Part shown: positions 25,923 through 37,377 of the stretch, piece after piece
Layout: every line of letters begins with the position of its first letter
Numbering within the stretch: the stretch's first letter is position 1
NCBI RefSeq assembly: GCF_001194135.2
Contig: NC_068982.1
Location: forward strand, 117,427,162-117,474,383
Reading direction: 5' to 3'
DNA length: 47,222 nucleotides
Source: Octopus bimaculoides
Taxonomy: Eukaryota
The notes under the pieces: model-generated
Told to the model about the DNA's origin: nothing
The model's database searches: none
The model's input: only the letters and a program-made list of their open reading frames with translations
Program-made: the position numbers and the translations under genes

Positions 25923-26120
25923 ATGTTTGCCTCCTTTCACCATTTGACAACCAGTGTTGGTGTGTTGCGTCCCCGTAACTTAGCGGTTCGGCAAAGTGAA
26001 TGATGGAATAAGTACTAGGATTAAAAAAAAAGTAGTGAGGTTGGTTCATTCATTCAACTAAAAATGATTCAAGGTTGTGCCCCAGCATAGCCACAGCCTG
26101 ATGGCTGAAACAGGAAAAAT
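25715..26120 (+). mobile_element. Family A SINE, 5'-truncated, with internal (TA)n(TG)n microsatellite
   Basis: CCACTGCGACGCACTTTGGGCAAGTGTCTTCT...CATGTCG(TA)n(TG)n...GTCCCCGTAACTTAGCGGTTCGGCAAA...GAATAAGTACTAGG...CCCCAGCATAGCCACAG...GCTGAAACAGG. Confidence 0.85.
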
Positions 26121-26675
26121 ACAATATAAAAAAAAATGACACTTTTGTAAATCATCTCATGTAAATAATGAGCAACGTACGGAAATGAAAGGCCACTCGG
26201 TTATTCTAATTGTCCACTCTTGATATAAGTGGGATGAATTGCATGGCAGGTGGTACACATGAACAGTTCTATTTTAATAGGTTAACAAACGAAAAGAGAA
26301 GCGAAAGAGAAAGGAGAGAAGTGAAATTGAGATGAGCAGGCAGCGAGAAGGAAAAGAAAAGAAAAAAAAAACTACTATGCAGTCACTTCATAAAGCGCGT
26401 TACATGGCCTAAACAGACTATCTTCAGGAGTCAACCTACAGCATTCCATTATATGTTATTGTTTAGAATTCTTCCCAAGTTTAACCTTTATCATTCACTC
26501 TAACTCAACCAGATGATCCTTCACTCATAATTTCAAATTCTGATTTATTTTAATCGTTTTTTTATTCTCCAGTATCAAGATATTATTTATGCGCGCATTN
26601 NNNNNNNNNTTGATCATCAACTTCTCCCTGTCTCTATCTAAATCACATTCTTGTTTTTTTTTTTATTCACAAGTA

Positions 26676-27031
26676 TTTTTGCCTCCGGCTTAGCGAAGGC
26701 GGAGGTATTGTGTTCAGTCGTGTGTATTTGTTTTTCGGTGGATAAGATATCTCAAGAACCACTGGATGGATTCGTATGAAACTTTCAGAGATGTTTGGCC
26801 TCGTGACTGGCACTTACTGATTGATTTTGGGATCGATCTGGTACCGGACAAGGATTCTGGATTATTTTTCCCGTATTTTTTTTCTTTACTTCATTTTTGA
26901 GAGCGGTTAGGTTCATTTTTAGTATTCTAGTTTGTGAAAGCAGTCGAGTTTATTTTCAGAAATTCTCATTTTAAAAATCATCTCTGGCTAATCGTTGAGA
27001 GGACGTTGGTGTTGCCTCTGATTGCTCTTGC
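26676..27031 (+). mobile_element. Probable non-autonomous Helentron-type (HINE/DINE-like) element
   Basis: It starts in a T-run with GCCTCCG-GCTTAGCGAAGG-CGGAGGT (5' subterminal repeat plus its inverse). The body AACCACTGGATGGATTCGTATGAAACTTT...GATTTTGGGATCGATCTGG resembles this class as I recall it. The 3' GGCGGAGGT subTIR appears deleted before CTCTGATTGCTCTTG. Confidence 0.55.
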
Positions 27032-28558
27032 TTTAATTTTAATTACTTTTGTTTTATTATTTTCATAATTTTCTCCACTAATTTTTACTTATAATTTTGT
27101 TACTACCCTAATGATAGTGTTATTATCATCATCGCTTATCATCGACTTTGCCTTTCATATTTTCGTGGTAAATAAAATATGTGCCTCTTGAGCACTGAAA
27201 TTGATGTCATAGACTTACGCCCTTCTCGAAATTGGCGGCATTGTCCCAAAATTTGAAAGCAATGTTATTGCCATTGATTCTTTACAGTGACAATCCGTCA
27301 ATCGCACTCATATTTACAGGATATACATGTTTCTTTATTCACATTTTGCATGTTTGTTGGAGTGTGCTTGAGTGTGTATTTCTGTTTGTGTAGATCACAA
27401 CGCATTTAGAAGTTATCTCTTAAGAGATATGACACGCAGTATCTGGCCATGTTATTAGAAGACAATGGACATTATATTTTTAGATATGTATATGTAAGTA
27501 TTTAATGATATATAATTGCGACATATAAATTATCTTAAATTCAATTAATTTAAAAAGCTGTATTTACGCAGATCACAACATGAGATAAGTTTTACTGAGA
27601 TTTATACAATATCATTTGCATTCAATTTATCTGCCAACATCACTCTCTATAACATATAAACAGATATTAAAGAGACCTGTGGGCGTAAACTCTGTCAAAA
27701 ATTTTATTTATTCGTAAACTGTAAATTTTCTTTGTAGGCGGAAGGAAAGATAAAGACACCACGCAATACATCCGTGCATCAGAGGTAGAAACATGTCTTT
27801 TGTTGACTTTATACCTGTTAGACGAGTGGTCTTTCTCTCGATCTTATTAAAGAATTCCGTGTGGAAAGCACAACAGAGTGTACGCCGCAATTCATTTATA
27901 TATACGATGGAATATATGTATATAAGTACGTATGTATGCATGACGAGTGTCGATTAGAAATCATTTACGTCAGGTGCCCTTTTTATAGCTACTGAAATGA
28001 ATATTTACATACATGCATACATACATACACATACATACGAACGTACATGCATACACACACACGCGTGTACACCTCCACCCTCTCGTATGTGGGCATATGT
28101 GCAAGAGTGTGAGCGTGTATAAATATTTATTTAACAATGTATATACACTCAGAACGGGAAAAATATTAGTTTTAACAAGCCTTAAAATTGTAACAACATA
28201 TCAGTACGATGCGCCCAATGTATGGTCGAAAACGCATGTTCATACATACATGCATGCGTACATGCATGCATACATACATACATGCATGCATACATGCATA
28301 CATGCATACATACTTGCAAATATTCCTTTGTTAGAGTGCATATATTATCGATTCAACAACTAATCATATACATGGTAATAATTTCAAATATAACTTCTTA
28401 AAATTGAACTTCGGGAAGTTGCTTTCTCTTTCTTCCCTGCATCCATCCTTTAAACCAATATCCCCCATTTGTTATTAAGCGAAATGTTGAAATGCTATTC
28501 ATGTTGTTGTTGTTCTCCTTCTTGCTATAGCTTATTTTATTGTCGCTACATTTACTGC

Positions 28559-28948
28559 GTGGAGGCGCAATGGCCCGGTGGATAGGGAAGCGGACTCACG
28601 GTCATAGGATCGCGGTTTCGATTCCCAGACCGGGCGTTGTGAGTGTTTATTGAGCGAAAACACCTAAAAGCTCCACGAGGCTCCGCCAGGGGATGGTGGC
28701 GAACCCTGCTGTACTCTTTCACCACAACTTTCTCTCACTCTTACTTCCTGTCTCTATTGTGCCTGTAATTCAAAGGGTTAGCCTTGTCACACTGTGTCAC
28801 GCTGAATATCACTGAGAATTACGCTAAGGGTACACGTGTCTGTGGAGTGCTCAGCCACTTGCACGTTAATTTCACGAGCAGGCTGTTCCGTTGATCGGAT
28901 CAACTGGAAACCCTCGATGTCGTAAGTGACGGGGTGCCAACAACAACA
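28559..28948 (+). mobile_element. Full-length tRNA-derived SINE with CAA tail and 11-bp target-site duplication
   Basis: A-box TGGCCCGGTGG, B-box GGTTTCGATTCCC, ~390 bp body and (CAA)n tail. The flanks ACATTTACTGC (28548-58) and ACATTTATTGC (28946-56) differ by one mismatch. Confidence 0.88.
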
Positions 28949-28959
28949 TTTATTGCTCT

Positions 28960-30260
28960 CTGTTCATGATGTTAGCGTCGCTGTTACAGTACTTAATGTT
29001 GTTGCTTGAGTTGCAGTGTATTTTTGTTCATTTTACTGATGCGGTTATTGTTAGTGATGTTGAGGTTATATCAACTTTGATTTTGTTATAATTTTTATCA
29101 GAGTTGTTGATGTAGAAGCTACATATGTGACAGTAACTGATGTTGTTGTTATTTATTTTGTTATGATTGCTACCGTTTCAGTTGTTATTGTCGGAATTAT
29201 TACTGTTAGAGTTGAGGTTGCTAATGTTGAGGCTGTTACATTGCGGTTAGTGTCGCTGTTGTTTCTTCAGTAGGATGTTAGTGTTGTTGTGGATACAGTT
29301 GTTGTTCCCCTGTTGCTATAGGTTGTAAGACGACGTTATTTTTTTTTAAAGACTTAGCCACTTAATTAAGCGCCCATTGTCAGGGTAGCTTAAGTAAATA
29401 GTTTAAGAGACAAATATAGAATTGAAAGATTATCATTGTTAAGAAGTTGATGCTACTGCTGCTGCTGATAATGATGATGACGATGATGACGATGATGACG
29501 ATTATGATGATGATCATCATCATCATGATCATGATGGTAGTTATGATGGTGATGGCGATGATTATGGTAAAGACAACAGAGAGCCTGGCGACCAGATTAA
29601 TGATGTTTATGAGGATGACAACGACGATTATGACGGGACGACGAGAATGTTGATGATGAATGGAGACAGCTGAGGAATTAATCTTGCTGAATATCATCAT
29701 GGATATCATGATGATGATACACGTTGACAATAATGACGACGCAAACGAAGATGACGACGGTGATCTTGATAATAATGATGCTATGATCAATATAATTATC
29801 TTAATGCAAGTAATGATGTTTTTATTTAGCCCTTGGTCATACTCGGTCGATCGGACATGTAATTAAATGCAATCCAAGTGCAACCACCCATTTCCCTACA
29901 AATGCAATCGTCAAAGTATCCAGAGATTGTGTACTTGGGAGCTAAGTGGCTATCATTTCTAGCATATGGAGTGAGCACACGGTGTTTCGCAAGCGGGCTA
30001 GATAGTAGTAGTGCTTGATGTTGACACCTACAATGATGATGATGCTGATGATGGTGGATAGGGATGATAGAGAACAAAAATACGATGTTGATATTAATGA
30101 TACCAACACCATCATCGTCAATAAAAATATGACAGTAAATGCAGCAGTCTAAACGAATGACTGCAGTCGTCACCATCGTTATCGTTTACATCTTTTTTAT
30201 TCTACCCACTGTATCATCATCACCATCATCTCCACAATTACTGTTAACAGCATCATCCTC
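28960..30260. repeat. Decayed trinucleotide low-complexity domain: GTT-rich, then GAT-rich, then CAT-rich
   Basis: Direct reading. This explains the Met/Ile/Asp-rich ORFs at 29380-30176. Confidence 0.85.
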
Positions 30261-31194
30261 ATAAGTAAATGAGTAAGTCAAATGAATAAATGTAGGAAAA
30301 TTAGGTTTGAAGCCGAACATTAAGATATCGGAATAAACAGTGAGTCAAGGTCGTAACAAAGGAGACTTAGTGCAGGGGGAGGTAAGCAGGCTTGATGGAA
30401 AGGAAAGGTTTCTTTCCTTTCTGTTTTTATTTTTTAGAAGACATCAAAGAGACGAAGAATCCCCGCGTGTAAACAGCACGTAGACGTAGAGATAGAGATA
30501 CAGAGAGATAAAAAAAAAACAGAGAGAGAGAGAGAAGGATTACGAGAAGAGTGGTGAAAACAAAAAAAGTGAAAATGAGATAAAAGATAAAGAGAGGGAG
30601 GGAGAGAGAGAGAGAGAAAGAGAGAAAGTGGGATATGGGAAGGGAAAGTGAGTAAATGTCTTTTGACTATAATAACAAATGATATCGATCAGTTTGCCTA
30701 TCGAAGAAATACAATAGAGATAGTTATATACTCACTAATGGAATAACAATTTAGAAACATTTCAAAGCATATCGGCATACAAACAAATTCCAAAAACGTC
30801 CTCTTTTCATCCTTATTGAAATATTACTTTAGTCTTACTACTATGTCCCGATTTATAACTTAGTTTACTTAACTACGCACTAGTTGCACAACCAGATAAA
30901 TAGGTACTACTCATATATTGGTTAGATAATTACTGAGTATTTACATAAGCATACAGTGGCTGCATATATATATATAAGCATATACCGGTTGTTTAACTAC
31001 CAAACATCTACGTAAATATAGTATAGTTTACAAACCACATACTGGTTAGGTAGTAGTCCATAGTAAACAATAAAATGTTAGCGTTTTGACATGTCATATG
31101 GAGAGTAAAACCAACTTCCATTAGTCTGCCTTGAAGGGTGGTGGTTACGGACGTTATTAGGATGCTTTCCGTAACGGCAGAATTATTCTAAAGA

Positions 31195-31245
31195 TTCATT
31201 ATCTCTGAAGAGTCCCCGTGACCGAAACATTGCAATTTTTCACAA
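31195..31245 (+). ncRNA. Orphan, decayed hammerhead-like motif (PLE pseudo-LTR remnant)
   Basis: CTGAAGA(31205-11)-GTC-CCCGT-GAC-C-GAAA(31224-27)-C-ATTGCAAT has intact core boxes, a short stem II and a palindromic stem III. Stem I does not pair. An 8-bp hairpin (GTTACGGA/TCCGTAAC) lies just upstream at 31144-31175. Confidence 0.4.
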
Positions 31246-33139
31246 AATACACTGAAGCAACTGGCTGTTAACGACAATTATTCCTATGCATTTTCGTGGT
31301 TTAAGATTTAGCTCCGCGGACTACCAGCAATTTCACTGAATTCTGAATTTTACGTAATTATAGGAGCATAATCACAACACTGTGAAAACCAAATTGTACT
31401 CATATAATCACGGTATATACATATAAACTGAAAGCATATCTACCTGTCTATCTGTTTCTCTATTTATCTATTTCTCTGTTTATCTGTGTATCTACCAACA
31501 CACACGCACGCACACACACATACATACACACACACACACACACACAGACACACACACACACACACACACAGATCACTCATATAACCAAGGAGTACAGATT
31601 TTCCAGAGGCTACACACCTAAGAAAGGAATACATACTTAACTCTAGGGCACCAATAGAAGCATTGAAATTATATGCATATAAGCAAATAGTTTGTTTGCT
31701 GCTGAGTCAGGAAAGTTAGCCTTTCAAATTTAAGGTATCTAAACGGAATTTGCTCAAGTAATAGTTATCGGAGGCGATATTAAATGTTTCTTTTTTATTA
31801 AAAAAAAAAATTATTGGATTTATTTGGAGGAAAAGACAGTTTATTTCTGGTATTGGTATTCTGATATTAGTTTGTGCAACATGTTGAAGATAGACTTCTG
31901 TGCAATAATATGGTGATAGTAGTGCAGTATATAATATGACATAAGATGAAAGGTTTTTTTATGTGATTGGTGGTGGAGGAAAGGACAAAAACACTAATGT
32001 GAAAGACAATACAATAGTTTGAATTATCTGGTGAGCAAAGAAGTACATCTTTGCAAAGGAATATGGTAAGGAAGTGAGTCCAAAACAGTGCAAGTAACAT
32101 CGTGGAGTAACCATACATTTTCAGAGAAACAGAGGCGATTGCTCATAATGCTGGAGCAGTGATTTCTAACTGGAGAATGTTTTGTGTTCTAGTTACGGAG
32201 TCGAATATGAGGAAATGATGTTTTGAAATCAAAAGGGACGGTGCGTAGGGATATGAGTAGTGAAGGGGTTCAATACAAATTCCTAGGTGGCTGCAGATTT
32301 ATTTGCTTTTTGTGTTGATTTTCGAGGATTCAACCGGTAGAAGGCGAACGGTGTTTCTAATAATATACGAGTGATTACTTCGAATAACACCAAGGGTTAT
32401 ATTAAAGTAACAAAATAATTGAAGGCTGTTCAAGACTGAACAGTGAAGTTTGGACTGTGTAGAGCTTGATGTGGTTGACCTGAAAGAGAAAAGAATAAAG
32501 TCGAAAGTGTGGATGAGTGGAAGTTGCGTTAGTGTCTTTCATATTTGAGAAGGGATACTGGTGCTTCAAACAGTTCAAAGTAGTGACGAATGGGACTATA
32601 TAAATGAAAATTCCGAAGGATGATGTGGCAGAGAGATCGTGTAGTAGAGAAGACAAGTAGCAATGTGAAAGGAGAAGCGCAAGATAATGTAGTTTATAGA
32701 AAGAAAGTGGATGAAAGAAGGGCTGTACGCACACTGCTTGCACAGCATATTATGCTAAAGCAGAGCGAGGAAAAATGTGGGTCTTCAACTCATTATCAAA
32801 CTTGACTCAATAACAGATTTGACTAAAGCTTCAGTGAAGAGTGAGCATTGAAGAAAAAGGAGCTGACACATTTAATGAGAAAAACATACAAATGAATGAA
32901 TGGTTTACAGGATACAAGATATGACGCGAGTACATAAAACTGAAAAATACCTAAGAAATCCGTACTTTGCTGATGCAGGATTTAAATTTTATAGTCACAA
33001 CATACCATAATCATATTACCACAAATTATTGGCATACATTTCCAAACTAAACTGTTACCCAAGTTACAAAATTATTATATTAAGTTACCACTATGCAGAT
33101 TTACGACTCTCAGTTAACCGTCTCAACTCTTTCTCCCTC

Positions 33140-33149
33140 AAACACACAA

Positions 33150-33181
<32 letters not shown>

Positions 33182-33275
33182 ACATACACACACACAAACA
33201 CACACATACACACACACATACACACACAGACACACACACACACACACACGCAAACACACACACACACACACGCAC
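33140..33275. repeat. Imperfect (CA)n
   Basis: Direct reading. Confidence 0.92.
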
Positions 33276-34115
33276 TCATTAACACCCACAGATACTTATG
33301 CGTACAGAAGAGAAATTTTCCCACCACCCGCAGACACATTCATACGCACGTTCACACACATGTCCGAACAAACGTCCTTTAATCTATACATAAATAAATG
33401 TCACCGTTGATGTTGTCTAACCTCATGTGAGCCCTGATTGAGTAAACCAGTGGCGAAAATTGTTTCAACTATAACATTTGCAGAGAATAAATGCATAATA
33501 TATAATGCAGAGATATTCGTATCTTTCGATTCAGACGTAACCAAACTGAACGGAATTATATAATCCTCTATGTATATTTAGTTGCACAAATATTGTGAAA
33601 TTATTTCTCATTATGAGGAATGGTATAATGGACGATTTGCAATTTAGCAATTTTCTACAATGTTTCAGCAAACAATAAATACATATAAATACTATATACA
33701 TATAAAGCGTATATAGCAATATATACATATAACGTATACAAATATATAGCTTGTATACATATGCACACACATAATTGTTTAATATAGCAATTCAAAAATT
33801 TTCCAAGAAACAACAAATATTACAAGATTTTTAATCGGCATAAGATTAGAGTGGGCTATTGTCTTAGCCATAATATTGTACGATTTATAACAGCGCATAA
33901 TATTACAATAATATCGAAAGTTCAAAAAAGCGATTATGATCAGAAGAGTCGAGAACGCTAAGAAATTAAATGTCGAGGGAAGGGAAATAACTCAATTTAA
34001 CGTAAGTAATGACGTCAAATCGAATAAAAATTCAGCTAGAAATAGAACAATGATAACGTTATCTAAAGGAGTAAATAGTAATAAGGAACTTGTTGGAAAT
34101 TAATTTAGTTCTACA

Positions 34116-34860
34116 ATGAATTATCAAATTGAAACTAAATCTGAGGGAAATATAAAAGGCTATCTTTGTAATTGTTCTAAATGGGAATCCTATTATGTAG
34201 AAAGTAAGTATAAAACTAAAAATGCAATATATAGATATATAGTTATATCTGAGGGTAAGAAAATCTTTTACATCGGTGGGATATCATTAATTTTCAAGTG
34301 GAAACTGGTAAATCATTTGAGTTCTTTAATGAAAAAAATAAAAAGTTCCAAAGGAATCTTAGCAAATTAATCTGGTTTTTAAAAACAGTAACAAATACTA
34401 TACGATTAAATGGGAGTTAATTTGTACTGAAAAACCATGCAAACCTGGAACCAATAAATGTGACTTATGTTTAGAAGAATTTTCCAGGATTTTCATATCC
34501 AAGGGTAAGGTAATAAATTCTAGACAAGAGGAAGCATTGAGATGCTAGCACATGAGGAAATTCACATTTGTGAAGTATAAGTGAAAAATTATCATGTAAA
34601 CTATACGAGGTTTTGAAATGATTGAAAATGATTATCCAATAAGAACTTGAAACAGAGAGTGTTTGGTGTCTGACTTAACGGAGAGTTCTCAATTATACAA
34701 CGCAGACTTTATAAAAGAAAGTCATTAAGTGGCCATGCCGAGGGATATCAAGTTAAGACACTGAAGAACCTGCACCGTTTTCTAGTAGGGCTGCAATTAT
34801 CAGGATTACTAATCGGTGCAATTGAAACATGTGTTGGTCTTAAAAGGTAGCATATAATTA
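34116..34860 (+). mobile_element. Penelope-like retroelement 3' fragment (GIY-YIG with CNC...CxLC motifs) plus 3' hammerhead-containing repeat
   Basis: Translation across a frameshift: LCNCSK...KNAIYRYIVISEGKKIFYIGG...FKWKLVNHLSS/FNEKNKKFQRNLSKLIWFLK...YYTIKWELICTEKPCKPGTNKCDLCLEE...VINSRQEEALRC*HMRKF. This fits the PLE endonuclease C-terminal pattern (YIG...FK.R..NH..SF...LS..IW.LK.....IKW......PY......C.LCL.E...LN.R.E....CRH..KF). Confidence 0.8.
34753..34843 (+). ncRNA. Type I hammerhead ribozyme-like element with extended stem II
   Basis: TTAAGACA-CTGAAGA(34761-67)-ACC-TGCACCG...CGGTGCA-ATT-GAAA(34824-27)-CATGTGT-T-GGTCTTAA. Both core boxes are intact, stem I pairs TTAAGAC/GTCTTAA, and stem II has a 7-bp perfect helix plus an inner TAGTA/TACTA helix. 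It lies ~180 nt after the end of the PLE endonuclease remnant. Confidence 0.65.
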
Positions 34861-35118
34861 AAGGTAATACTATTGCTATTTCAGAATCATCCTAATTTTT
34901 AATATTGTGATTATTTATACAGCAGTAAACTTATATGATTAATGAAATATATTCAGAATTACCCAATGGAATATTTCTTGAATTTCGTGCCTTATATGAA
35001 CTTTACGGGATTTATATGTTAACTGTTGTATAACATATTTTGAATAACTAACAGAGAACGAACCGGTAATATTTTTGGAGTAATCCCTTAATTTATACTA
35101 ATACACACAGACACATAT

Positions 35119-35634
35119 ATATTGTGTCTTAATGTCTAACACACACACCAGTTAAATTTACGCTCATTTATTATTTATATTTTTTCTTCGAAGATTTTCG
35201 TCGCTTTCGCTACCTTATCAATGGATTTCGATTCCATCCGTTATTGTAGCTGCGTTATTTTTTGTCTATTTGTGCGCATGTGTAAGCATCAGTGTGCTGG
35301 TGTTCTTGTGCATGCATATATGTATGTCTATCTGTATGTAAGTATTCTGTATATTCACGTGTTTGTGTGTGTGTGTTTGTGTGTTTGTATATATGTGTTT
35401 GTGTATTTGTGTGTTTGTATCTCTATCTCTTTGTGTGTGCGTGTTCGAGAGTGTCTATGTGTATGTATTTGTGTGACTATGTACGTGTGTCTGTTATGTA
35501 TGGATATGTGTCTCCATATGTGTCTTTGTATGTATGCGATTGTGCGAAGTTCGCGTGTGTATATGTTCATGTGTTTCAAACTTGTTTTGTGTGTGTGTGG
35601 GGGGGGAGATTGCGTGCTTGTCTGTCTGTATTAC

Positions 35635-35677
<43 letters not shown>

Positions 35678-36950
35678 CTTACCTATGTGTCAATCTGTTC
35701 ACCTGCATATCTATTTACCTACACGCGCGCGCGCATATTTATATTTGCCTGCATAACAGCCTACTAGCCAATATACTTACGTATGTATATTCTATTCATA
35801 TAGGGATATCACTACATTCTATGTGTATTTCTTATTTAGTACTGGCGATAATTCATTTATAAGGATGCACGCTTGTATTTGTCTGAGTAATGTGTCCTTC
35901 GGGTGTTTGGATAAAATCCGTATGTGTAGTCCACCCAATGTGCTCCCATGCTGGTCTTTGACACGTTGGTAGAATGTGGAGGACTGTTTCTTGCCAACAT
36001 ATTGACTAAAGTGCCCATTTAATCGCTCGGCAATTTTTCTAGATGTTTCTCAATTGTATGTCGTGTTCTTGTTTTTACAATCATCCTCTATAAACTTTAT
36101 GCTGTAGACTATATCTCTAGTTCTACTGTTAATGCCAAGATTAATCTTATATACCATGGAGTTTTCATTCGAGCACGTGGTACTTTCAAATGGGTACGTG
36201 CTACATAACTGTTATCTGATGGAACTCCCGGACTTTTCAACGATCTTAATGTTGAGTTTGGTCTTCGTCAAAGTGATTTTACTTCTACCGTTTATTCAAT
36301 TCGACAAACATTATTACTTGATATTTGTCAGACATGTACCATGTGTTTACTTTGTATACTTTGTCACAAACTCTGTGTATATTATTCCAGTCTGCTAGTA
36401 CACTTGTATGTAGGCAAATATATATAGGTAGGTAGGTACGTAATGGATATGCAGGTAAACAGATAGAGACATAAGCAAGTAGATAGATAGGTACATAGGT
36501 AATACGAATAGGCAAGCACACCACACACATACACACAAACACACATACACACGCACACACACACACACACACACGCACACACAAAAGAAGACGGTAACCT
36601 CCACGCACACACACGCATACACACAATGACACATGGAGACAACAACACATACATACAAACAAACACACAAACACATGAATATGCAGAAAACATACATACA
36701 CGTAGATGCATAGATGTATACACATAAATACATTCATGCATACATACATACATACGTGCATGCACAAGCACACATGCACACTGACGCACACACATGAGCA
36801 CAAACGGACATTAAAGAACGTAGCTCCCATAATGGACAGAGTCAACAAGTTTGCGAAAGCAACGAAAATTTTGGAAGAAAAAATATAAATAATAAACTAA
36901 TGGAAATCGAACCGGTGTATGAGTTAGATAATAAGACGTTAAGACAATAT
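35119..36950. repeat. Long diverged inverted repeat; arms ~35119-35780 and ~36380-36950
   Basis: Colinear matches between the left arm and the reverse complement of the right arm: TTTATTATTTATATTTTTTCTTC(G/C)AA(G/A)ATTTTCGT(C/T)GCTTTCGC; CAGTGTGC..GTG.(T/C)TTGTGCATGCA; TTCTG(T/C)ATATTCA(C/T)GTGTTTGTGTGT; ATCTGTT(C/T)ACCTGCATATC; ATATTTGCCT(G/A)CATA...TACTAGC. Confidence 0.85.
35825..36375 (-). mobile_element. Penelope-like retroelement GIY-YIG fragment (a different subfamily from the other two)
   Basis: Minus-strand translation ...WYMSDKYQVIMFVE...KLNIKIVEKSGSSIR*QLCSTYPFESTTCSNE...NSRTRDIVYSIKFIEDDCKNKNTTYN*ETSRKIAERLNGHFSQY...SSTFYQRVKDQHG...LHIRILSKHPKDTLLRQIQACILINELSPVLNKK. It matches the PLE pattern KVVE..G......L....PF....C...R..VY.I......Y.GETSR...ER..EH...RQ..E...I....P.LN.K. 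Confidence 0.8.
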
Positions 36951-37377
36951 AATTTGCTTCAACACATGAGTTTACAAAAAGAATCATGCAAACCAGATAC
37001 AAAAACGAAGTATATATATATATGTTGGGCAATCCGTAGCTATAGTCATAAGATTCTATAGAAGATGCCACTATGTGGTTCACAGTATCATGTGAGTGGG
37101 AAGGAAATGTCTAATGAGACGGGTGTGTGTCTCGGGTGTATGTATACAATTATTTGTCTATATGAGAGGGCACCTAATTATATATGTATGTGTACAAAAT
37201 TATCTAAATCTATATTTTTCTAGCAGTGGCTTCTATCTTTTAAAATTCTATTCTCTAATGTATTTTCTTTTTCATTTGTATATACACAGGCAATGATATT
37301 TTCTACGCAAGTATACATTCCATATCCCCCAAAATACAAAAATTACACTTCATTTTAGAAGATCGAAGTATCTATAT

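Noticed and set aside
26392-26435. Minus-strand CTGAAGA-TAGTCT..AGGCCA-TGTAACGCGCT, hammerhead-like
   Set aside because: The GAAA box is absent and stem I does not pair. At best it is a very old remnant.
28559-28635. tRNA gene
   Set aside because: The A and B boxes are present but there is no acceptor stem, and it continues into a SINE body with tail and TSD.
29380-30176. Met/Ile/Asp/His-rich ORFs resembling low-complexity proteins
   Set aside because: They are translations of decayed (GAT)n with no consistent frame or splice context.
31880-32900. Purine-rich stretch with faint LINE ORF2-like peptides (IIW*AKKYIF...)
   Set aside because: All frames have many stops and no diagnostic RT or endonuclease motif. 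It may be an old LINE but I cannot support that by eye.
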